From positions 51,026,001 through 51,090,000 of the forward strand of contig NC_043008.1 in assembly GCF_006345805.1 (NCBI RefSeq): DNA of 64,000 nucleotides, given 5' to 3'. The position numbers were made by a program, and so were the translations under genes. The notes beneath the pieces are model-generated. The model was not told the origin of the DNA, ran no database searches, and saw nothing but the letters and a program-made list of their open reading frames with translations. Of this stretch, positions 53,888 to 64,000 are shown in pieces. This DNA comes from Octopus sinensis (Eukaryota). Positions within the stretch are counted from its first letter, which is position 1. The number at the start of each line of letters is the position of its first letter.

Positions 53888-54344
53888 AGGTATGTATTTA
53901 CGTATGTATATAGATATATATGTATACATCCTTAGGTGTGCGCACATCCACACACACATACTCACACGGACAGATGAGTACGTTTGTGTGTGGTAATCAG
54001 GTTGACACGAACCTTGTATTGCACATCTTCATCTAACCGAAAAATAATCACTGAAACTACCCCATAATAAACTGATTATTTGTCGCGTACGTTACGATAG
54101 TCTTTGGGAAATAAACGGAGGAATAACATATTCCCCATACACACATATTATTAAGGTGTGTGTATCCTTTCAATATTTTATATACACAGACACAAAAACA
54201 GGCACACACATAATATATATGTGTATGTGTACATGCGTGCGAGTGCGAGCCTGTGTAGAGACAGAAACCAAATGTTAATTTGATATTCGAGTGCATTTTA
54301 TAAACATATCACGAGCAAGAAAATTGGTACTAAATTATTCGAAA

Positions 54345-54413
54345 TTTTACGACTGAGGAAGATATGACGTAAATATTCTCTTACATATCTACTCTCGAAA
54401 CACGTGTATGTAA
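54345..54413 (+). ncRNA. Degenerate type I hammerhead-like motif
   Basis: ttac(g)a-CTGAGGA-AGATATG...CATATCT-actctc-GAAA-CACGTG-TA-tgtaa; palindromic stem III; 6-nt bulge before GAAA. Confidence 0.45.
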
Positions 54414-54642
54414 TGCATTCAAAATATCAAAATACCAAGATATTATGTTGTGGCGTTTCACAACATTCTCGCCTGACTTTGCTTCGTTGAAAATGTTAAC
54501 ATAACAAGGGTCTAGGAATAATATGCTTACGGGACCCGAGTCAACAAATTGTGGTAAATTATATTGCATTAATGCATACCTATCAATATATACACACGCA
54601 CACACAAACACACACATATATATACACACATATATACATGCG

Positions 54643-54680
<38 letters not shown>

Positions 54681-55739
54681 GTATGTATGTATCAATGTAT
54701 ATGTATGTAGTATGTATATATATGTCTACGCCTGTGTGTATATCTATTTTTACGAAGCATGTTACTATTTCTATACGTTCAAAACGGAATTTACCAACGT
54801 AATTAGTATAGACAGATATTGTACAATAAAATAATTAATACATCTCGAGTTTTTATGCTCATTAGGCCCGGGCATCTACCGGACTGAGCAGCTATCGAGT
54901 TTATCAAAAGATCTACTTGAGCTAATTGTACTTGTACACATTCTCAGCTAAGACGAGAGCAACATCAGATCAAGCTACTCGTGTAAAATGAAATATATCA
55001 TCACTTGAATATAATTAATTCTTATATATATTCACACAAGAACAATGTAAATATTCAAGTAGATTTTTTAAACTCTGTTTGCCTGTTATATTGTCTGTTA
55101 TATCGTTAACAGCTTATATAACAGGCGCCCACTGGAGTTCAAATGCTATGTACCTCGATACATTCTCAGTATGTTTATTATAAGCTGACATTTGCGTTAT
55201 TTCTCTTCTAACTTACGTAGTAAAACTACGTTTTCTAAAAATGACTTAAACTGTTAATATTCATAATTTTATCATTATTATATTTCCGTTAAAGATTCTG
55301 TATTTATATTTTAAAATGAAGTCGGGAAATGTTAAAATAAGCGCCATAGAATTCTTAATAAACGTATAACGATGAATATAATTATAAATCTTAGGTATAT
55401 AATTATCCACCTATTATTATCCCACTGCTTTAATTAACATCGTGAGTATATATACACACACATACACACACCATACAAAGACATATGCTTAGTGCTTATT
55501 TCAGCTAAAGTCAAGAAGGGGAGTTTATCCGTTTCAAGGGCAGTTAGGAAAAAATGTAAAACTTAGTGGATGTAGATCATGAAGGATTTCGTTTTGATTT
55601 GAGCCCAGTTATTAATATTACTGGGTCCAGGAAACGTATGAGTTCTCGCAGGAGCTTACGATCTACATTCTACATACTCACTTTCCCTAACACTTGTATT
55701 GAATCCTCGTTTGAATTATGGTTTTTCCAACTTCATATC

Positions 55740-55775
<36 letters not shown>

Positions 55776-55935
55776 GGTCGGCTCTCCCGTCGAAGACGAC
55801 GAATGAGCGTCCTGCTTTTGCCGAACGACCCATACAAATGAATTATTCAAGCGATCAAATATTCGTGTCGCAGGAATTGAAACCGAGATCTTGTGATAGT
55901 GAAAGCAACCCCCTAACCACTGGGCCATGTGCCCT
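55776..55935 (-). mobile_element. tRNA-headed SINE, diverged or internally deleted
   Basis: Minus strand gggcacatggcccagtggttaggg...ggtttcaattcc. Confidence 0.6.
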
Positions 55936-55944
55936 GATATACGT

Positions 55945-56019
<75 letters not shown>

Positions 56020-56349
56020 ATACATACACATTCATATATATATATATACATATATGTATTTATATATATATATATGTGTGCATGTATGTAAGTATACGCT
56101 TAGAGACATGCATTCACGAATGCACATTCTGGAGCGTATTTTGTAGATATGTAAATCCATAGACGTAGTTGCATGCAAGCATGTAATTAAATAGATACTT
56201 GATTGTCTCTCTCGCATCACTTCTCTATAATCTGAATAATCATAATGATTATTCATAATTGACGTGCGTCAGCACATTTCCCTTACTTATACCTATGTAT
56301 AGGAGAATACACTTGTACATACCTCTGAACAATATGCACGTGCGAGCCT

Positions 56350-56410
<61 letters not shown>

Positions 56411-56470
56411 GTATATATGTATGTATATATATGTATATATATACACACATACATATATATACATACATAC

Positions 56471-56516
<46 letters not shown>

Positions 56517-56533
56517 TATATATATATTATATA

Positions 56534-56568
<35 letters not shown>

Positions 56569-57060
56569 GACACATATATGTATGTATATCTATATATGTC
56601 TGTGTGTCTGTGTGTAAATATATGTATGTGCGTGTATGTATTTGTATGTGTGAATATGCGTTCTCTAGTGCGTAGCGTATCATGTATTTAATGGCGGATG
56701 AAGCTAGTTCTCCCTAATAGGCTGTGACGTATTATTATAGGATATAATGTAGTGTGTCTTATAAGCGCATTTGTCTAAGTATATATGAGAAAAATCGTTC
56801 GTATCAAATGTACTTTCTATCACGCAAATGGCTAAGCTGTTGCTTTTATTGTCGTTAAACTTTTTCTATATGCTTTTTTTCTTTAAATTTACAATATATC
56901 TAGAACTAGCTAACATCAACAAAGATTACCTTCACAACAAGTGTTCATGTGGCTCAATTCTCTATTCAATATTATAAATAACGATGTGAACAGATAACTA
57001 TATCCTGCTTGGCACACGTCAATATGACGCAGTACACCTATGAGGCGCTATACTACTTAC

Positions 57061-57170
57061 TTATTGTATAGTACGATGTCTGGCAGCCAGAGTTCCACCG
57101 AGGGCACGTACAGTCGATTCACACCACCATATTCCTTCGGATTCCATCTTAGTTTGAGGTCCTGCCATTC
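57061..57170 (-). CDS. nAChR 110-nt loop-A exon, variant a (Tyr)
   Basis: ttgctttAG|GAATGG...AATAA|GTAAGT; encodes [36 protein letters not shown](N). Phase 0 to 2 joins in frame to the first T of the large exon, giving LYNNADGNYEV. Confidence 0.95.
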
Positions 57171-57543
57171 CTAAAGCAAGGGTTAGAAATTGAATACAAC
57201 CGCATACAGGTTAGTAGTAGCAGTGCATGCATTCGGCACACAGTTGGCTAAAACTCATGCTTTGACGAAACACTGCAATCAAGGAGCACACCATCAGCTA
57301 AATGTTGAACTACAACAATCTAAGGGAACAACTGTGGGTATTTTTTTTTTAATCTACGGACGGGTTCACACAATATCGTGACAGTCTAGGTATGAATTGG
57401 TTTGTCATTATTTGCATCTAGCTGTGAGCTGTGTGCTTGTGTGTGTGTGTGTGGTGGGTGGCCATAACAAGAATAAAGAAATGTCTATTATAACTTTCTG
57501 TTTCACTTTTATCGCATAACGGAGAGGAGCAAACGCCTCTCCG

Positions 57544-57683
<140 letters not shown>

Positions 57684-57983
57684 CATCGATACATCTATTT
57701 ATCTATCTATCCATCGATACATCTATTTATCTACCTATCTATCGAAAGATTAAGCAAAATATATTGCAGACTGCTTTTTTTCTTGATATATAGGTTTTCC
57801 AGCCTATTGAAAAACTCTTATTTCCTAAATCGAAAGAGCAGACAGACAGACACACAGAAAGGTAGATAAATAGGTAGACAGACAGGCAGAAACTGCGAGA
57901 GAAAGACAGTCAGACAGAAATACAGACAGCTAGATAGACAAAAAGGCACACAGACAGATAGATTATATGAATAGACAGTGAAT

Positions 57984-58015
<32 letters not shown>

Positions 58016-58344
58016 AATGAGATAAAGTTGTTTGAGAAAGCAATAATTGAATTCACAAACGTCAAATTTAAAAAAACGAAAATGAAAGTTTTTATAGATT
58101 TGGCATATTTATAGTTTCATCACATATCGGCCAACGTGTTTTAGTGTTAATGCTCGTAAAAATTTCTCCGAAAGAGAGCTGATCACGTGGGCTAATTTGT
58201 AAGGAAACCACACACATAGAATTGTGTGTGTGTCTGTGTGTGCATGTAATATGTGTGTGTATGTGTATATTTATATATATATATATTATACATGTACGTA
58301 TATATACATATATATTCATGTATATGTATATCTACCTATCTATC

Positions 58345-58385
<41 letters not shown>

Positions 58386-58785
58386 GTATATACAGGTCTT
58401 TGTCGACTTACGACTGATCCGACTTACGACCAATCGACTTTACAACGACTGGCGGCAATAATAAATAGCCCAGTTGAAGTCTAATGGGTTTAATTTCTGG
58501 TTGACGTCAGCTAACAAATGCTTCCTCTAGGTTTGGTTATCAATCTCCATTGTAGTGCGTGACTATCCTGTTGCGGAAACATCGAGGCACATTCATATTT
58601 GTTTATAAGACGACTGCTTGAGACGCCAAAATTTTTGACTAATGCTAATATAATAGTATAATACAGAATGTCGTGTAACTTCTACTTGAGAATGTACTGT
58701 AAGAATGTAAAAATATAAAACGAAGCTATGTAGGCCTATAGGCCAACTTATGACTAGTCAGTCGAAACCAATATATATATATATA

Positions 58786-58827
<42 letters not shown>

Positions 58828-58829
<2 letters not shown>

Positions 58830-59968
58830 GGGGTTGGACAAAATAATGTCTTTTGATTTGTTGTTAGTGTTGCTTAAAATGCTTTGCTAAAATTGCTGTT
58901 TCTTTTCAAATATCATAAGAAAATAGTAATTAAAATTCATTAAAATGACAGATCTATCGGACTTTCAAAGTGGTCAAAGTGTTGGTGGTGGTATGGCCGG
59001 CGCTAGCACAACAAAAACAGCTGAAATGTTTGGTGTAGCAAGAAGTACTGTCTCGAAAGACTTTGGGAAAGAGGGAAAAACCTCCTCGTTGAAGCAAAAC
59101 TCCAGAAGAAAACCAAAACTTTCAGATAGGGACCGCCGGGCTCTTACGCCAATTGTTAGAAAGGATCACAAAAGTACTGATCCCCAAATTACTACAGAGC
59201 TTAATGACCAGCTTAAGAACCCAGTTTCCACAAAAACTCTGGGAGCTGCACAAAGCCGGATTTCAGGGGAGAGCTGCAATCAGAAAACCACTGCTTACAA
59301 AAACAATCGTTGTAAAGCGTTTAAAGTGGAGTAAAAACCTACAGAATTAATCCCCAGAGCAGTGGAAGAATGCTATTTTCTCGGATGAGTCATCCTTTAC
59401 CTTATTTCCCACCACCGGCTGAGTATACGTGTGGAGACAGCTAAAAGAAGCATTTGACCCAGACTACCTTCTTCCAGCATGAAGGAGGATCTGTGATGAT
59501 CTGGGGTGGTGTGAGTGCGATATCTTGGAAATGTTTTCCCGTCATGGCAGAATTAATAGTCAACACTATTTAAGCATTTTATCTGATCAAATTCATCCTA
59601 TGGTTGCGGAACTGTTTCCGTAGGGAAACGCAATCTTTCAGGATGATAATGCACCAATTCACACTGAATGGCACGGGGAACATTCTAGTGAAGTTGAACA
59701 TTTTATCTGGCCACCACAGTCCCCAGATCTCAATATTATTTAGAAAAACAAGTAAGAAGTCGATATCCTCGACCATCATCACTATAAGAACTGGAGACTG
59801 TTTTAGCTGAAGAATGGACAAAAATTCCTCTGGAAACAATTCAAACTTTGTACGAGTCCATACCTCGTAGAATTCAAGCGGTAATTACTTCCAAAGACGG
59901 TCCTACTCCATATTAAAATAAATTTGTCTGAAATTTTAAGGTGTTTCCATTATTTTGTCCAACCTCTG
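58828..59968 (+). mobile_element. Tc1/mariner DNA transposon, 1141 bp, with frameshifted transposase pseudogene
   Basis: TIRs caggggttggacaaaataatg / cattattttgtccaacctctg in a TA context; HTH region FGVARSTVSK; motifs WKNAIFSDESSF, GGSVMIWG, FQDDNAPIH, WPPQSPDLN, SIPRRIQAVI...GPTPY spread over several frames. Confidence 0.93.
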
Positions 59969-59984
59969 TATATATATTCATATT

Positions 59985-60100
59985 CAAATTCAAATTCCGC
60001 CAAGGTCGATAAATTATATACCAGTGAACCACTGCGATCGATGTAATTGACAAGTCCCCTTCCCCAAAATTCAGGCATTGTACCTCCAGAAAAATGATTA
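59985..60100 (+). mobile_element. Truncated SINE
   Basis: ttcaaattccgccaaggtcgataaattatataccagtg...cttccccaaaattcaggc. Confidence 0.65.
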
Positions 60101-60112
60101 CTGTTGTTGCTT

Positions 60113-60147
<35 letters not shown>

Positions 60148-60162
60148 CTTCTTCTTCTTCTT

Positions 60163-60193
<31 letters not shown>

Positions 60194-60261
60194 TTATTAT
60201 TATTATTATTATTATTACTACTACTACTACTATTATTATTATTATTTTATTATTATTATTA

Positions 60262-60293
<32 letters not shown>

Positions 60294-60310
60294 TACTACT
60301 ACTACTACTG

Positions 60311-60343
<33 letters not shown>

Positions 60344-60361
60344 TTATTATTATTATTATTA

Positions 60362-60392
<31 letters not shown>

Positions 60393-60429
60393 GTTATTAC
60401 TATTATTATTAGTATTATTACTGTTTTTA

Positions 60430-60720
60430 TTTTATTATTTAGTGTTTAGCATATTTCTTGTAAAAGATTGGATAGCCTGTGTTTTCCAGGCACTGCGTTC
60501 CATCTTTCAAACAATCTTGTCTCTGACCCTGTATCCGCTCTCCATATTCCGCACAAGAATTCTCTTGCTTTGGGTATTGCATTGATTCCTTTTATATCTT
60601 TTCCGAGTTCTTAATAAACTAAATTTAGAAATGGCATCAAACGGTTTGTCTTGTTCAAAGAACTGTTACCACTTTCCATACCAAGTGGTTCTTTATGATT
60701 AACTAAGAACCTGTCGTTTC
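60430..60720 (-). mobile_element. Possible internal fragment of an R4/Dong-like LINE next to (TAT)n
   Basis: Minus frame ELGKDIKGINAIPKAREFLCGIWRAD resembles the pre-RT region of R4/Dong ORFs; weak, by eye. Confidence 0.3.
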
Positions 60721-60966
60721 ACACGTCCTTTGATTTTCGGCTATTCGTTTTTTGTTAAATTTTTCAAGTATTTGTCTTTCTTTCTTGTACTTCTTTTCGA
60801 CCATTCATTTCATTAAAGACTGAAAAACCGCCTCTTTTATTTTCCTATTCTGTATATCCGTTTACCTTGTTGCATGCATGGATTGGATTTTTTTAATATT
60901 TCTAGGCAACCGGATCCGAGAGAGTAACCAGCTATCACGCTACTCTTTATATTATTTTGTTTAATC

Positions 60967-61250
60967 CAGCGGTTCCCAAGCGTTTTCGAACTGCCGCCCC
61001 CTTGACACCAGGGCCGCAATTCTAGCACCTTCACCCCAAATAACCATTACAAACACATACCTCTTCTTGAAGCAAATTCAAAGCAACTGTATTTCCCAAA
61101 TAAAATTTAACCTAATGAACCCATTATTTTGTTGATTTTACATGAATCACCCCCTCCCCATTATCACCCCACTTTTCTTCAATGCCCCCTTGGAACTTCC
61201 TACCGCCCCCGGAGGGGGGTGGGCAATACCGCCCACTTTTGGAACCACCG
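60967..61250. mobile_element. hAT (Charlie-like) MITE with perfect 8-bp TSD
   Basis: Ends cagcggttccc / ggaaccaccg; TSD GTTTAATC at 60959-60966 and 61251-61258. Confidence 0.85.
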
Positions 61251-61262
61251 GTTTAATCTAAT

Positions 61263-61476
61263 GCGGCGAGCTAGCAGAATCTTTAGCCCGCTGGACGAAA
61301 TGCTTTGCGGCATTTCGCCCGTCGCTACGTTCTTGGTACAAATTCCACCGAGGTCAACTTTGCCTTTTACCGTTTCGAAGTCGATTAAATAAGTACCAGT
61401 GAAACAATGGAGTCGATGTAGTTGACTGACCCTCTTCCCCAAATTTCAGGTCTTGTGCCTGTAGTAGAAAGGATTA
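61263..61476 (+). mobile_element. tRNA-derived SINE
   Basis: gcggcgagctagcagaatctttag head, core, and cttgtgcctgtagtagaaagg tail. Confidence 0.85.
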
Positions 61477-61520
61477 TCTCGTTTAATTCTGGTTATATTG
61501 ATGTTTGTATATTTATTGCA

Positions 61521-61777
61521 GAAGGTAGCGACAGACGAAATACCTATTTCTTTACTACCCACAAGGGAGTAAACACATAGGGGTCAAACAAGGACAAATA
61601 AATGAATTAAGTCGATTATATCGACCCCAGTGCGTAACTGGTACTTAATTTATCGACCCCGAAAGGATGAAAGGCAAAGTCGGCCTCGGCGGAATTTGAA
61701 CACAGAACGTAGCGACAGGTGAAATACCGTTAAGTATTTCACCCAAAGTGCTAACAGTTCTGCCAGCTCACCACCTT
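61521..61777 (-). mobile_element. tRNA-derived SINE, inverted relative to 61263-61476
   Basis: atcgaccccagtgcgtaactggtacttaatttatcgaccccgaaaggatgaaaggc...ttctgccagctcaccacc. Confidence 0.88.
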
Positions 61778-62932
61778 GATAATAATGATAATAATAAAGA
61801 CAGAATTGTTAGCAAATCGGACAAAAAAGAAAAATACTCAGCGACATTTCGTCCGCCATTACATTCTTAGTTGAAATTCCGCCGATAAAATAAGTACCAG
61901 TTGAACACTGGGGTCGATGTGTAAGTGTATGTGTGTTAGAGTTTCTCACCTCAACTTGATTGATAACCGGTGTTTATTTGTTTACGTCTGCGTAACTTAG
62001 CAAAAAGACTAAAAAGATACGTCTACTATGTCCGACATGTTCAACTAAATCCTTGAAGGGGGTGCCCCAACATGGCCGTTACACATTTCTTTCGTTTTGT
62101 CTTTCAATGTTTATCTTCAGGATTTATCTTATACTACAGTGTTATCGACTGCAGTACCAGTCATATACTGATGTCCTTATAATCGACTTAACTTCCTACC
62201 TCAAAAAGTTTTGGCCTTATGGTTGTATTACACATTATTGTTTATAAACACATTGTTGATTCCATAATGGGGTAATTGTTAGTGAACTGTACATACTGCA
62301 GCGAACATGACAGAGTCTTTAATTCTTAAATTCTACACTAAATTTTCCTCCCGATTTACGTTCATTTTGTAAACCATCATAAACCTTGCATGAAATATTC
62401 TTCGAGGAAATTAACCAAACCTGAATTAGAGCATTCATATCTCCTGTTCCTTCACGAAATTCGATTGAATTTCGCTTTCACAAAATTTGATTGGTACCTA
62501 CTTATTACTTCAGTATTCTCAATCCATTCCTGTTTTCGAAATATACGTGAATTTTTGAAACCTTACAACGATAAATTCAATATGAATTTTATATTTCTTT
62601 ACATTTGATATTACTGAGACGAGATCTATAAAACAAGAGGTTATTGGCCTCATTGCGGTCATCTGCTCATACATTTTTCATTATATCATTAACTTTTATG
62701 TCTTTTCCACAACATATGTGGTTTCTCTCTCCTTCATGGCGTCAATATTTGGTCTTTAAATATTCGTTGTACTTTTTCGTTATTCTTTTATCTCGTTTTC
62801 ACAATATTTCTACGTCTCCTAAATATTGTAATAGATATTCAATGGAAGCGATCTTCATACATACATACATACATACATACATCATACATACATACATACA
62901 TACATATATGTATACATGTGTATATATATGTA

Positions 62933-62987
<55 letters not shown>

Positions 62988-63097
62988 GCATACATATACA
63001 TAAGTCTGAAGCAATTAAAATGATGTCTATAGGCATTCGATAACATCAAACGGAAACCTGAGAGATTTGCTTTGAGATATATCTGTGTATATATGTA

Positions 63098-63155
<58 letters not shown>

Positions 63156-63545
63156 GCATACAAACATACGTATATATATATGTATATATATGTGTATGTA
63201 TGTATGTATGTGTATATATATATATATATTATATATATATATATTAATACAGATATACACAGATACACATTTATATCTCAAAGTAAATATCTCAGTTTTC
63301 CGTTAGACGTTTCTCGAAGACTGTATATTTTATCTTATTTGAACGTTTTTCCTTTTTCCCCACCTTATATTTTATGTAGACCCGCACAAAAATTGTACAA
63401 TGCCCGCATGTTGTCTCCTTGAAATATTGTTGTTGTTATTATTATTATTATTATTATATTATATTATTATTATTATTATTATTATAATTATTATTATTAT
63501 TATAATAATAATAATAATATAATTATTATTATTATTATTATTATA

Positions 63546-63595
<50 letters not shown>

Positions 63596-63608
63596 CATTA
63601 TTATTATG

Positions 63609-63740
63609 CTGAGATCAACATTGCCTTTCTCGTTTCGGAGTCGATCAAATAAAGTAGCAGACAATTATAGGTTCGATGTAATAAGCTAAATTCTTCTCTC
63701 AAACTTGCTGGCCCTGTGCCAAAATTTAAAAGTATTATTA
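63609..63740 (+). mobile_element. Degenerate SINE 3' part
   Basis: cattgcctttctcgtttcggagtcgatcaaataaagtagc...gccctgtgccaaaattt. Confidence 0.55.
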
Positions 63741-64000
63741 AAATTCTATTTTTTGTTATTTGTTTACTCTATTTCATAATTTTTACAGCTTGAAATTTTG
63801 TCGATTTTACAGCTGATGCAGCGAACCTTAACTTATAACTACGATAGTTTGAGATTTTTTCCTCAGCTCAGTTTTTGTGCATTACCTACAGCAATCGTTC
63901 TCCGCATTTTGTGGCCATGGTCCCACCAAGAACACATCTTTGCTTCCAGTAAACCTTGTGAAACAGCTTTAAGTTTCATTCATTAATTTCCGTAATATAA

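Noticed and set aside
57390-57420. Minus-frame QIMTNQF as exon 3
   Set aside because: In-frame stop just upstream; no DE(K/R)N or W-L.
58392-58450. Tigger/pogo-like MITE end (tacagg...cgacttacgac repeats)
   Set aside because: No matching opposite TIR found; too short to support a call.

Overview
AT-rich, microsatellite-saturated animal DNA. The repeat families and (TA)n/(AAT)n density point to a coleoid cephalopod, probably Octopus (inference). Most or all of the window lies inside one minus-strand gene for a canonical cation-type nicotinic acetylcholine receptor (nAChR) alpha subunit. It has a 1057-nt exon (8542-7486: Cys-loop, loops B/C with vicinal CC, TM1-TM3, intracellular loop) and two homologous 110-nt loop-A exons (57170-57061 and 46090-45981). 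These two exons have identical length and phases and 50% amino-acid identity, and one carries Tyr while the other carries Phe at the ligand-binding loop-A position. No second large exon lies between them, so they look like a mutually exclusive exon pair that swaps part of the agonist site (top finding). The N-terminal exons and the TM4 exon were not found. The introns hold tRNA-derived SINEs (some with TSDs), a decayed Tc1/mariner, a hAT MITE with a perfect 8-bp TSD, and R4/Dong-like LINE fragments in (TAA)n. They also hold a set of (TA)n-associated direct- and inverted-repeat elements with type I hammerhead-ribozyme topology, typical of Penelope-like elements and retrozymes: a 1.75-mer with a predicted 476-nt monomer, and foldbacks whose cores vary at the 3:8 pair. 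Nearly all other ORF-track ORFs are microsatellite translations.
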